DNA of 63,949 bases, filler included, from Thermoplasmatota archaeon (GCA_041623215.1; 3 parts of 3 records of this genome joined end to end with filler, not necessarily neighbours in it); one strand, 5' to 3'; positions 39,819-49,821 are shown, counted from the first letter of the whole stretch. The notes: a model not told the origin generated them from the letters alone. Program-made: numbers and translations.

Positions 39819-40837
39819 GCCTCGCCCATCGGCCTGGCTGGACGACCTTCGTCGCCTAGGTCAGGCACTTCGCTGCGGTCACGAACGGGCACCCCCAAGT
39901 GGGCACCTAGTTCGCCGATGGTTTCGTCCATTTGCGCGACGAGGTCGCCGAGAACATCCTCGCGAATCTCCCCCTCTTTTTCGTTCATGTAGACCTTCTT
40001 GTACTCAACGCTCAGCGTAATGACCTTGGGCCCGTAGAGGTGGCTCAAACGGCGGTTGACGTAACCGCCATAGAACACGCCGTTCTCCTGCACCATGCAT
40101 GCCTCTCCGAGGACGGTGTGCTGCTTTACCTGGTCCACAAACCAGTCCTTTACGGCGAGGCCACGGTCGTCCAGGTCCAAGTGTCGGGTCCCGATGTTGA
40201 TGACAGGTTTTTCGTCGTGGCGCCAATCCGTCGGGCCTGTGCGCTGGTAATTGTACGAGTGGAAATCAAACAGTACGGCAAAACCAAAGCGGCCGATGGC
40301 ATCCTCCACGGCGCAGTCAAGGAAGGTGTGATACTCATACCATTTCTCCAAGCTGAATTCCTTCTCATACTGGCTCAGCGGCTCCTTCCATACACGTTGG
40401 CCCCATGCCAAGCTAGGCTTACTGTAAACGGTGGTGTCTGGCGGTCGATTGATGTCGAATTCGTAGCGCGACTGGTTGGGCATCACCTGGTGCAGGCAAC
40501 GGCCCGTGAAGCGATGGGTTTCCGGGTCCTCTTCGTAGTAGCGGCCAGCAGCACCCAACGCCAGTTTGGGGGCGATGTCGGGGCGAATCGCATGGTGGGC
40601 GTGGACCGCGGTTCCGATGATGGGCGACGGCGCTGTGTAGTGGACCGTGGCCGCATCATACTCGCTGCGGCCGCAGAAGCCCCCCCGGTCTGCGTGGACC
40701 AGGCGCTCTCGGTAATTGCGTGGAAATAGGCCCGTCGATTCTTCAACGTGGTCGGGGCGCTCACGGGCCGCCGGCGGCGTTCGATTGGGCCCCCCTCCGG
40801 CGGCGTACCGAGCCGCATCCTTACTTCCTGACGTCAC
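39815..40837 (-). CDS. N-formylglutamate amidohydrolase family protein
   Basis: H...EED, SRYEFDINRP, YH, DFHSY, NIGT, N..FYGG, SVE. Confidence 0.88.
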   Translation of the reverse strand: MTSGSKDAARYAAGGGPNRTPPAARERPDHVEESTGLFPRNYRERLVHADRGGFCGRSEYDAATVHYTAPSPIIGTAVHAHHAIRPDIAPKLALGAAGRYYEEDPETHRFTGRCLHQVMPNQSRYEFDINRPPDTTVYSKPSLAWGQRVWKEPLSQYEKEFSLEKWYEYHTFLDCAVEDAIGRFGFAVLFDFHSYNYQRTGPTDWRHDEKPVINIGTRHLDLDDRGLAVKDWFVDQVKQHTVLGEACMVQENGVFYGGYVNRRLSHLYGPKVITLSVEYKKVYMNEKEGEIREDVLGDLVAQMDETIGELGAHLGVPVRDRSEVPDLGDEGRPARPMGEA

Positions 40838-42234
40838 CAGGATACAGCCCCGGTTTTGGCGCCGTTCTTGGGCTCCAAGGTCATGGCCGGTACGAGGCCG
40901 CCGCCGTAGCTGACATTGATGACGTTGCGCTCGGACACCCGCGAATAGGCGCCGGCATACTGGCCGGCAAAGGCCAAGGGATTGATGTTGACGTTGAGAA
41001 GCTTCATCGTTACTTCTCCGTTCTGAATGCGCGGGAACAACTCCTTAGGAATGGTGACCAACTGTTGCACCACCCAGGTCTGGTCCTCGATGTGTTTGTC
41101 AACAAGTTCTCGCCATTCGTCCGGGTTCGCCTCGAAGCCCAGCAACACGTCTTTGCCACCGTAACTTTGGGCCGCCTTGAGCACCAAGAGGTCCTTGTTG
41201 TCTAACACAAAGTCGCGCAAATTGACCTTGAAGCCCTGGAACATGGCCTTGTCTTCCCGCAAAATCCATGTCCACGGCATATGCGCACGCACCGCCTCCA
41301 GCTCGGAGTTGTTGAACACTTTTTGCGCGTCCGGGTGGTGCATCGCGGCCATGATTTTCTTGTTGCCAACGATGACGCTGCGGGGTGAATTGACCATGCA
41401 CAACTGGCCGCGCTTGTAGGCCTCGCGAAGTGCTTCGGTGGCCGGGTCAGCGACCAATTCGGTCACAATCACGCGCTTGTAGAGGACGTCGACGCGGCGT
41501 TCCCCTAGGTACACCCCATCGTCTCGTAACTCAAGGTCCCGCGGGTCGGCAAACGTGGCATCGAGGCCCTGCTCCGTGAGGTTTTGGATGGTGATGTCAA
41601 TGTCGGGAATGGTCCCAACGTCGCGCCAGTCCGATACCACAATGAACGGCTTCGCCGGACGGGTGGGATCCTGCTTGTTCAGCCGCCATTCGTGGTAGCA
41701 ATTGGTGAGCGTGTTGGCCAATTGCAGCAGCCTTTGGCGGTTGCTGATATGGAACCCATCGCCCAAACCATTGCGGTCAAACATGTCAAGAAAGGCTCGA
41801 TGAATGACGTCCGCGTAGCCGGTTCCGCCCGGTGAATCGCAGTTGAATTCGAGGAATTTTAGTTCGAAGTCTTGCAGGAAGCCGTCCAGCCGTGCAACCT
41901 GAATGGCGCCAGAGTACCCGGGGTCGATTTTGTACAGCGCCAACTCCTCCTCCGTAACGCCCCAGATGCGCTGCAATTCGTCGGATTGCAGCCAAAAGTC
42001 CACGAACTTGTTGAGCGCGGACATGATGTTCTCAACCGCGTTTTCCATGATGCGGCGCTGGTCCGGTGCGATGAAGTGCGGCTTCACCGGACACGGAATG
42101 GGTTTGCCATTGTACGTCGCGCCGTGCTCGCCCGTAAAACGAAGGATATTCTCCTGCTCTGCGGCAGCCCACGTAGGGTCGTTGGCCAGGCGGACCATGT
42201 AGTCCATGTTTACGCGGCCGATGTGGTCAATCAT
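40834..42234 (-). CDS. Circularly permuted ATP-grasp ligase
   Basis: RLD...LEFNCDSPGG, LYKR, GNKK, PWT, LVLK...YGGKDV, VVQ, INVSYGGG. Confidence 0.85.
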   Translation of the reverse strand: MIDHIGRVNMDYMVRLANDPTWAAAEQENILRFTGEHGATYNGKPIPCPVKPHFIAPDQRRIMENAVENIMSALNKFVDFWLQSDELQRIWGVTEEELALYKIDPGYSGAIQVARLDGFLQDFELKFLEFNCDSPGGTGYADVIHRAFLDMFDRNGLGDGFHISNRQRLLQLANTLTNCYHEWRLNKQDPTRPAKPFIVVSDWRDVGTIPDIDITIQNLTEQGLDATFADPRDLELRDDGVYLGERRVDVLYKRVIVTELVADPATEALREAYKRGQLCMVNSPRSVIVGNKKIMAAMHHPDAQKVFNNSELEAVRAHMPWTWILREDKAMFQGFKVNLRDFVLDNKDLLVLKAAQSYGGKDVLLGFEANPDEWRELVDKHIEDQTWVVQQLVTIPKELFPRIQNGEVTMKLLNVNINPLAFAGQYAGAYSRVSERNVINVSYGGGLVPAMTLEPKNGAKTGAVSW

Positions 42235-42298
42235 ATGACGTGCGTCGCAGGCCCCACCGGGCGTTTAACCCCTTCCGGGAGGGCAGCCGAAGGCCGCC

Positions 42299-43261
42299 TT
42301 ATCCCACCCGCTCCATTAGGTGTTCGGCGAGGCCAGCTAACGCCTGCCGACTGGCGGAATCCGGCAAGCCGTCAAGTGCGAGCAGGGCCGCCTGCGTGTA
42401 GGTGGCAGCTTCCTGTTGAGCTTCGGCCACGGCGCCCGTCGAGAAGAGCTCGTCGCGCACACGCGGCCAATCCGCGGAGCGCCGCTCACCCGGCAGCGTC
42501 CCGCCGCGTTCGAGGAAGGCAAGGTAGGGGCTACTCATCGTGCCTGCCAGGTAGTCAGTGCCGGCTGGCTTGCCGGTCCACTGTGGGTCGCCGGCCACAT
42601 CTAGAACGTCATCGAGGACTTGGAACGCGTGGCCCAACGCGTCCCCATAGTCTGTGAGTCGGGCGACTCGTTCGGGCGGGGCACCAGCCACGATGGCGCC
42701 AATGCCGCAGGCAGCAGCCAGCAAGGTAGCAGTCTTGTCGCGGATAATTGCACGGTAGGTGGCGGGGTCGCGGCTCCCGGTGTCCTGGAAGGCCTTCTCC
42801 CGCAGCTGACCTTCGCATAGGCGACGACAGGCATCGGTCATCAAATCCACGGCGTCCCGCGGCAGCCGCGCTCCAAGGGCAAACGCCTGCGTGAACAAGT
42901 AGTCGCCCACGAGGATTGCCCCATCCAGACCATGCGCTGCATAGGTGCTTGGCTTGCCGCGTCGGGTATCTGCACGGTCCATGATGTCATCATGAACGAG
43001 ACTCGCGGTGTGGATGAGTTCCACGCTCGCAGCGGCGGCAATCGCATCGGCTAGGCGCTCCTGCCCGCCCTTGCAGGCATCAAACGCCGTCAGCAGGAGC
43101 AGGGGTCGAACGCGCTTGCCGCCCGCCGCCACCGGTTCGGCGGTCCACGCGCCGAGCCGTTCGTCCCGGCTTTCGGCTTGGGCGGCCAGCAGCGTTTCGA
43201 CGTCGCGGAGGCGGGCATATGCTTCAGCCGGAAACAGTTCCTTCAGAGGGTTGCGAGTCAT
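42299..43261 (-). CDS. Long-chain polyprenyl diphosphate synthase
   Basis: GGKRVRP, HTASLVHDDIMD..RRG, GQ, KT, FQVLDDVLD; small residues before the first Asp-rich motif. Confidence 0.93.
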   Translation of the reverse strand: MTRNPLKELFPAEAYARLRDVETLLAAQAESRDERLGAWTAEPVAAGGKRVRPLLLLTAFDACKGGQERLADAIAAAASVELIHTASLVHDDIMDRADTRRGKPSTYAAHGLDGAILVGDYLFTQAFALGARLPRDAVDLMTDACRRLCEGQLREKAFQDTGSRDPATYRAIIRDKTATLLAAACGIGAIVAGAPPERVARLTDYGDALGHAFQVLDDVLDVAGDPQWTGKPAGTDYLAGTMSSPYLAFLERGGTLPGERRSADWPRVRDELFSTGAVAEAQQEAATYTQAALLALDGLPDSASRQALAGLAEHLMERVG

Positions 43262-44535
43262 GGGAATACCTGGATGAGGATGAGGCTGGCAGCAACGGTG
43301 GCCTGGACGGCGATGGTCGCGACGCGGGCGGGCGCTAGGCGGGGCGGGTCGTCGCGGAACCGCACCACGCGAAGCGTCGCCCATAGGGCCACAATGGCCG
43401 CAGCTGCAACGGCCAACAGCCAGGCGGTGGCAAGCAGCCAAACCGCCGCAGCCACGAGCCCGATGGCCAGCAGCATGGCGTACACGGGTGCATGGCGGCC
43501 TTGATGGAGGCGCACGAGCAGTGTCCGCCGGCCAGTGGCATGGTCGAGGGGACGGTCTGCCAAGTCATTGAGGTAGAACAGGGCCGCGGCAAGGGCGCCG
43601 GCTGGCAGGGCAAGTAATCCCGTGCCAAGAAGGGTCCAGCCGAGGCTGCCATCAGCGGCGTGGTGCGCGCCAATGGCCAGCACAGGTCCGTGAATGGCGG
43701 CCGCCAGAAGCGGCGCGAGGCCATGATCCTGAATGCGCGGGTAGAGCCAAGCAAGGCCCAGGCCTGCCAAGCCAACGGGCAGAATGAGAGGCGTGGCCCA
43801 TGCTAGAAAGCCGCCGATGAGCACCGCCGTGCTCCATCCACCCACCAGGGTAGCCCAAAGGAGTCCGGTGGTAAGGCCGGGGCGCGGCGCAAAGGGCCCA
43901 CGGTCGCGCCCCCGTCGCAGGCGGTGCAACGCAATGGCGCCCAGTTGGATGGCAAGGACGGCGGCTAGAATGATGACGCTCCGGGCAAGCCCGCCACCCG
44001 CCGCGGCAAGGCCAATGCCGGTGGCCATGCCGGCGCTGGCCAAGACGGGAAGCCGCAAGTCACTGGCGCGCCGAGCCAAGCGGACTAACCGCCGCGTCGC
44101 GGCCAAGTCATACGTCACTTCGAAGCGCTCCGGGGCGCTGCGGCGACAACGCGCAGTGGCACCGGTAAGCGCAACAAACGCCTCCACCAGACCTTCAAGG
44201 TAGGCAACAGGCAAGTCGTCGGCCATCCAAAGCGTCGCCGAACCGGGCGCCGTCGGCTCCAGACGCGCCGCGCGCGGAGCACCACGGAGGTAGGGGTACA
44301 CTTCGCTGGCCCAGATGCCCAGGGCATGTTCGGGCTGACCTTGCAAGTGGCGCACCAAAGGCCGGAAGGTTCTGGCCCACAAGGCAACGTAGTCTCCGCC
44401 AGCTCGCCGCTGCGCATCGGCATCGAGCTCATCGAGTTGTTCTGCCAGGCGCTTGGTAGGAACCAGTTCAGTGGCAACTTCGCTGCGAAGGCCGTGGTTG
44501 GCAAGGAGAATGCCTCGAACCGTGGAGGCGGGCAC
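43258..44535 (-). CDS. UbiA/MenA-like prenyltransferase fused to a soluble N-terminal domain
   Basis: NDLADRPLDHATGRRTLLVRL (second MenA motif) and multiple TMs; start taken as GTG 44535. Confidence 0.75.
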   Translation of the reverse strand: MPASTVRGILLANHGLRSEVATELVPTKRLAEQLDELDADAQRRAGGDYVALWARTFRPLVRHLQGQPEHALGIWASEVYPYLRGAPRAARLEPTAPGSATLWMADDLPVAYLEGLVEAFVALTGATARCRRSAPERFEVTYDLAATRRLVRLARRASDLRLPVLASAGMATGIGLAAAGGGLARSVIILAAVLAIQLGAIALHRLRRGRDRGPFAPRPGLTTGLLWATLVGGWSTAVLIGGFLAWATPLILPVGLAGLGLAWLYPRIQDHGLAPLLAAAIHGPVLAIGAHHAADGSLGWTLLGTGLLALPAGALAAALFYLNDLADRPLDHATGRRTLLVRLHQGRHAPVYAMLLAIGLVAAAVWLLATAWLLAVAAAAIVALWATLRVVRFRDDPPRLAPARVATIAVQATVAASLILIQVFP

Positions 44536-44558
44536 AGGCCTGCCAGCGAGGCTGCCGT

Positions 44559-45332
44559 CTAAACGTGACGGGAGCGGCGGAGGCGCAGGATACCCAGCAT
44601 CACCAGGAGGACCGGCAGAAGCGGGGGGGCGGGAATGCCTTCGTCCTGGAAATCCGGGTGGAGGAAGACGCGCGGGGCGACCGCGATGGTTTGGACCTGC
44701 GAGTCCTGCAGTCCGTCGTTGTCCGTGACGATGAGGGTCACTTCGTAAATGCCCGCCTCGTGGAAGTTGTAGACGGGGTTGATGCTGCTTGACTTTACGC
44801 CGCCACTTGTGAGCCAAACCCGCTCGCGAATCGTGCCGTCAATGTCGCTGCTGTGGTCTAAGAATTGGACCGTATCAGCGGTGGTGGGGTGCAGGGGCCG
44901 GAAGGTGAAGGAAGCCCGCGGCGGGCTGCTGCCGACGTGCACGACCTTGGTGACTTCGCTGTGATCGCCGCAATCGTCCCAAACCGTGAGTTTGACTTCA
45001 TAGTCGCCTGGTTGCCGGATGGTTGCGTTGGGGGAGCGCAGGTCAGCTCCGCCGCCGAAGGGCCCATCCCAGTGCCATTGGACGATTTTCCCATCCGGGT
45101 CCTCCGACAAATCGATGGCGAAGACCTTGTCGCCAGCCTGGACCGGATTCGGGGTCCAGGTGAAGTCGGCGGTCGGCGGTACGTTGTCAAAGCCGCGTGT
45201 GCGCGGTTCGCAAGCACTGGCTGCCGCCGGCAAGAGCAGCAATCCAAGTACAACGGCTACGAGCCACGGGCTTCGCACACCCTGGAGTCGCCAGCGCGCG
45301 ATTTGACGCTTGTGGGATGCATCTGGCTTCAT
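44559..45332 (-). CDS. Secreted PKD-domain protein (2 PKD) with C-terminal anchor
   Basis: Two PP.A.F...S.D.DG.I..W...G.Y.V.L.V.D units; GIP-TM-RRSR tail. Confidence 0.88.
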   Translation of the reverse strand: MKPDASHKRQIARWRLQGVRSPWLVAVVLGLLLLPAAASACEPRTRGFDNVPPTADFTWTPNPVQAGDKVFAIDLSEDPDGKIVQWHWDGPFGGGADLRSPNATIRQPGDYEVKLTVWDDCGDHSEVTKVVHVGSSPPRASFTFRPLHPTTADTVQFLDHSSDIDGTIRERVWLTSGGVKSSSINPVYNFHEAGIYEVTLIVTDNDGLQDSQVQTIAVAPRVFLHPDFQDEGIPAPPLLPVLLVMLGILRLRRSRHV

Positions 45333-46363
45333 GGGCCGATGCGATTGCGCGTTCGAATCAGGAGCAAGGCAGCCACGATGGCCACCGTGAGCACCAGCGG
45401 AGCCACCAATTTGGCGGGCGGCGGAACGGCATCTCCCTGCACGGGGAGGCCGGGGTCCACGCGGATTTCCTTTTCCGCCTCAACGATGGCCCCGGTCGTG
45501 AGGACTGCGGTCAGGCGCACCTGGTAGGGGCCCACCTGCTTGAAGATGTGGACCGGCTCGCGGGCCCGACTGGCGGTACCGTCGCTGATGACCCAGGTCC
45601 AAGATTCGATTTCTACGCCACGCGGAAGGTCCGGGACGGCACGTAGGAACACCGGCGTGTTCGGGGTCGGTTGGCTCGGTGTGTGCAGGATAGCTACCTG
45701 CTCACGGGGGCCTTGTTCGACCGTAATCATGCGAACGGCGGTGGCGGTCGCCCCGTGGTTGTCAGAGGCCACGAGCGTGACATTGTAGGTGCCGGGAGCC
45801 GGGAAGCGGTGACTCATGGTGCTGCGGAAGCTCTGTTGGCCACCTTCGGGAGTCCATGTCCAGCCAACGACGCGCCCATCGGGGTCGCGGCTGCGGTCCT
45901 TGAATTGGATGAAGTCGTTGGTCGTGGGGACGCCCGACTCGGAGAGGACTTCCCAGTCGAATGCGGCGACAGGCGGGGTTGGCAGCACCGTGATGTCCTT
46001 GGTGATGCTGTCGGTTGCACATTCGTTGTCGGTGACGGTGAGGGTCACGGCGTAGGTGCCGGGATCGGCGATTTGTTTGCCGGGCGTGCGTTGTAGACTG
46101 CCCCCGCCAAGCGGACCACGCCAGTCCCACGCCACGATGGCACCGTCTGGATCCTGGCTTTGGTCGATGCCGCGAATGAAGTCGCTTGTGGTTGGATTGG
46201 CGGGAGTCCAGGTGAAATCGGCGGCAGGGGGGATGGTGCTGCTATCGCAGCTGACCCGGGCCGCCGCGTCGCGAACGGCGACGGGTGCGCCCGGCAAGAG
46301 CGCGGGCGCCGCAAACAAGGCCATAAGGCCGAGGGCAACCCATGCAAGCGAGCGACGGTGCAC
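45329..46363 (-). CDS. Secreted PKD-domain protein (3 PKD) with C-terminal anchor
   Basis: Three PKD repeats; paralogous to its neighbour; start taken as GTG 46363. Confidence 0.86.
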   Translation of the reverse strand: MHRRSLAWVALGLMALFAAPALLPGAPVAVRDAAARVSCDSSTIPPAADFTWTPANPTTSDFIRGIDQSQDPDGAIVAWDWRGPLGGGSLQRTPGKQIADPGTYAVTLTVTDNECATDSITKDITVLPTPPVAAFDWEVLSESGVPTTNDFIQFKDRSRDPDGRVVGWTWTPEGGQQSFRSTMSHRFPAPGTYNVTLVASDNHGATATAVRMITVEQGPREQVAILHTPSQPTPNTPVFLRAVPDLPRGVEIESWTWVISDGTASRAREPVHIFKQVGPYQVRLTAVLTTGAIVEAEKEIRVDPGLPVQGDAVPPPAKLVAPLVLTVAIVAALLLIRTRNRIGP

Positions 46364-46529
46364 AGGGGGCCCATGCGTAGGGGATATACTTGGTTTGCCG
46401 AACGCTCCAGGAGGAAATCCCCAGTGTCCGCCCGCCCCTAGCTGGATTAACCTCAAATACGAGTGCTGATACACCAAAATCGACCGCTGGCAGGATTAAC
46501 CCTGCACAGCGGGTTTCGAAGGTGAACCC

Positions 46530-48179
46530 ATGAACGGAACCCAACAACCTGTTTACATCCTGAAGGAAGGCACGGACCGCACCCGCGGCCGCACCGCGCA
46601 GAGCAACAACATCTACGCCGCCCGCCTCCTGGCGGACATGGTGAAGACCACCCTCGGCCCCCGCGGGATGGACAAAATGCTCGTCGACTCCATGGGCGAT
46701 GTCGTCATCACCAACGACGGCGCCACCATCCTCAAGGAACTCGACCTCGCACACCCCGCCGTCAAGATGGTCCAAGAAGTGGCCAAGACGCAGGACGCGG
46801 AATGCGGCGACGGCACCACCACCAGCGTGGTTCTCACCGGCGAACTCCTGAAGGTCGCAGGCGAACTCTTGGAGAAGGGCATCCACCCCACCACCATCAC
46901 CAGCGGCTACAACCTCGCCTCGAAGGAAGCGGTCAAGGTCCTCGAAGGCATGGCCGTCGACATCAAGCCCGGCGACAAGGCGGTCCTTCGCAACATCGCC
47001 AAGACCGCTCTGGCCAGCAAGTCGGCCAACACCTCCAGCGAACTGTTGACCCAGATTGTGGTTGACGCAGTCGTCAGTGTCGCCGAGACCGTGGGCACCG
47101 GCAAGAAGGCCGTCACCACCGTTGACCTGGACAACATCCTCGTCCAGAAGGCCAACGGCGGCAGCCTGGAAGACACCAGCCTCGTCCAAGGCATCATCCT
47201 CGACAAGGAACGCGTCCACGGCAACATGCCCGAAACCGTCTCCAACGCCAAGATTGCGCTCGTTAACGCCGCCCTCGAAATCAAGAAGACGGAAGTCGAC
47301 GCCAAGATTGAGATTACCGCGCCCGACCAACTCGGTGCCTTCCTCGCGCAAGAAGAATCCACCCTCAAGGGCTACGTTGACAAGGTCAAGAAGGCCGGCG
47401 CCACGGTCCTCGTTTGCCAGAAGGGCATCGATGACCTCGCCCAGCACTTCCTCGCCAAGAATGGCATCTACGCCATCCGCCGCGCCAAGAAGTCGGACAT
47501 GGAGAAGCTGGCCAAGGCCACGGGCGCCACCATCGTCAACACCCTGGACGACCTCAACAAGGCCGCCCTGGGTGCAGCCGGCCTCGTCGAAGAGCGCAAG
47601 ATTGGCGACGACACCTTCACGTTCGTCACCGAGTGCAAGGACGCCAAGGCTGTCAGCATCCTCATTCGCGGCGGCACCGAACACGTCGTTGACGAAGCAG
47701 ACCGCGCCCTGGAAGACGCCCTCAGCGTCGTCGCCGTCGCCCTCGAAGATGGCAAGATGACCCCCGGTGGCGGCGCTGCTGCCACCGAGATTGCCATGCA
47801 GCTTCGCAACTTCGCCCCCACTGTGGGTGGCCGCGAACAAATGGCGGTCGAAGCCTTCGCTGACGCCGTCGAAGTGGTGCCCCGCACCCTGGCCGAAAAC
47901 GCTGGCCTTGACGAGATTGACATCCTGCTGAGCCTGCGCCGTGCGCACAAGAAGGGCAAGACCAGCGCCGGTGTCAACGTGTTCACGGGCAAGGTCGTCG
48001 ACATGTTCGACGAAAACGTCATCGAACCCCTGCGCGTCGGCACCCAAGAGCTGAAGGCCGCGACCGAGGCAGCCGTCATGATCCTCCGCATTGACGACGT
48101 GCTGTCCGCCAAGCCCATGAGTGGCGGCGGCGAAGGCGGCCCCGGCGGCATGGGTGGCATGGACGGCATGGACTTCTAA
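46530..48179 (+). CDS. thsA: Thermosome subunit (group II chaperonin)
   Basis: TTLGPRGMDKML, TNDGATIL, GDGTTT, ILRIDDV, GGM tail; SD AGGTGA. Confidence 0.97.
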   Translation: MNGTQQPVYILKEGTDRTRGRTAQSNNIYAARLLADMVKTTLGPRGMDKMLVDSMGDVVITNDGATILKELDLAHPAVKMVQEVAKTQDAECGDGTTTSVVLTGELLKVAGELLEKGIHPTTITSGYNLASKEAVKVLEGMAVDIKPGDKAVLRNIAKTALASKSANTSSELLTQIVVDAVVSVAETVGTGKKAVTTVDLDNILVQKANGGSLEDTSLVQGIILDKERVHGNMPETVSNAKIALVNAALEIKKTEVDAKIEITAPDQLGAFLAQEESTLKGYVDKVKKAGATVLVCQKGIDDLAQHFLAKNGIYAIRRAKKSDMEKLAKATGATIVNTLDDLNKAALGAAGLVEERKIGDDTFTFVTECKDAKAVSILIRGGTEHVVDEADRALEDALSVVAVALEDGKMTPGGGAAATEIAMQLRNFAPTVGGREQMAVEAFADAVEVVPRTLAENAGLDEIDILLSLRRAHKKGKTSAGVNVFTGKVVDMFDENVIEPLRVGTQELKAATEAAVMILRIDDVLSAKPMSGGGEGGPGGMGGMDGMDF

Positions 48180-48283
48180 GTCCGCCAACCCACGCTCACG
48201 CGACGCCCTTCCCTCATCCCCTTCCCCCCCCCTTTGTTCTGTGGGCATTGTCACCCACAGTGGCCGCCAGCGGCGCTACCGCC

Positions 48284-49651
48284 CTAGCTATCGACGAGCC
48301 GATAGACGCCCAAGCCGGTGGCCCCGTCACCGGCGAAAATGTAGCCCTGGTAGTACCAAGCGTCCATGGGATTGTCATCCGCATGCTGGGCCGCGATGAC
48401 CGGGCTGCCGGCATTGGTGAAGTCAATGAGTACCAAGCCGGCGCGGTAGAATGCCATGACCAGCAGGTCGCGTTCTTCGTGTGGCACCATGCGCCCCACG
48501 TGGGCTGTACACGCCCCGGGTTCAGGCTGGTACACGATGTGCGCGCTTGGGCTAATCCAACTGAGTAGTACCGGCGATTGTTCGTTGCTGATATCGTAGA
48601 ACCAAACGTTGCCCAGCGGCCCCGAAAGGTCTCCGCCTTCCATGGGCACATGCGCATCACACATGGGGGCCGCGCCGCCACCAGCCTCGTCAGCAATGGC
48701 CAGCACGGTCGCATCGTAGTTCACCACGGCCCAGTGGCTAATGCTTGCCGGCGGCGGGACACCGGGCCCCCCTTCCTCCCCATGGGGCATGGGAATGGTT
48801 GCCACAACTGTTGGCTGGAGGGGTGCGGTGATATCCCAAATCTGTGTTGCATCTACGCCGGCACAATAAGCGCGTGACCGTTCCTCGTTGATGTGGAAGC
48901 TAATCGCGTGGCATCCGTAGCCATTTTGCCACGCTTGCAGCAAGACTGGCTGGGCGGGGTCGGAGAAATCGTAGATTTCGGTCTGCCCCCCGGTACTTCC
49001 CACCGGATTGAACGGGAAGAAGGGCAAGGAACCCGCTGCATTCGCGTGATAGAGAATGGGCGTGCCCGACACGATGGCGATGGTGTGGCCATTGTTGTCC
49101 ACATCGACGATGGTCACCTCGCGGGCGTTCAGGGGATCCGTCACATCCCAGACAGGAATCAGACCTGCGTCGGTAGCAAACAGGGCGAACAGGCGACCAT
49201 CGGTGTGTGGCATGAAAAGTGCCTGTCGCGTGGTCATCCCCACCGGCAATTCGGTCAAAAGAACCGCATTTTCTGGGTCGCGGATGTCATACAGGGGCGC
49301 CGTTTCGCCAACGGCGGGAAAGACCGCTAGTCCACCAAACACGCCGAAGCCGTCGCCGCCCCAGCCCGGCCCCCCGCCACCTACAGGCTCAAATCCGACG
49401 GGGTCGAGCGGGACTTCGGTTGCCGGGATTGGTTGCCACCAGTCCGGGGCGTTGTCCGGAATGTGGGTGACCGTTGGCCAATGGTAGGCAGGATGCGGGT
49501 ATTGCTGCGGGTCGGGCCAAAGGGCATCCGCCAGTGGCGGCGCCAGCAAATCATTCGCCGCAGCCTCGTCGTCGGTGCCGGGCGAGTCTTCAACGCAGCC
49601 GGACAACAACAAACTCGCCACCATCAGTAAGGTGATTGTAACTGACTTCAT
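48284..49651 (-). CDS. LVIVD-repeat (beta-propeller) lipoprotein
   Basis: LSGC lipobox; repeated [YW]D[IVF].[DA]P..P units; CH, TAH, FYRAGL motifs. Confidence 0.8.
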   Translation of the reverse strand: MKSVTITLLMVASLLLSGCVEDSPGTDDEAAANDLLAPPLADALWPDPQQYPHPAYHWPTVTHIPDNAPDWWQPIPATEVPLDPVGFEPVGGGGPGWGGDGFGVFGGLAVFPAVGETAPLYDIRDPENAVLLTELPVGMTTRQALFMPHTDGRLFALFATDAGLIPVWDVTDPLNAREVTIVDVDNNGHTIAIVSGTPILYHANAAGSLPFFPFNPVGSTGGQTEIYDFSDPAQPVLLQAWQNGYGCHAISFHINEERSRAYCAGVDATQIWDITAPLQPTVVATIPMPHGEEGGPGVPPPASISHWAVVNYDATVLAIADEAGGGAAPMCDAHVPMEGGDLSGPLGNVWFYDISNEQSPVLLSWISPSAHIVYQPEPGACTAHVGRMVPHEERDLLVMAFYRAGLVLIDFTNAGSPVIAAQHADDNPMDAWYYQGYIFAGDGATGLGVYRLVDS

Positions 49652-49821
49652 GATGGCAAAGTCCCCCGGGCAGACAAAATGGTAACGGGCCCGCCCCCCC
49701 CCGTTTCGCCACCCCCACATCGCCCTACGGCCCGCCACGCACTGGCTTGGAAAGCGGCATCACCGCCGCCCTTCTTCCCACCTGATTTGCTGCCGCGCGG
49801 CCAAGGGCAAGCCCGGTGAAC

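Noticed and set aside
46447..46469. CIRCE-like element upstream of the thermosome
   Set aside because: Only the right half (GAGTGCTGA) resembles CIRCE; no matching left half at 9-nt spacing
46242..48254. 670-aa antisense ORF
   Set aside because: Shadow of the thermosome gene; strong GC3 codon bias removes antisense stops
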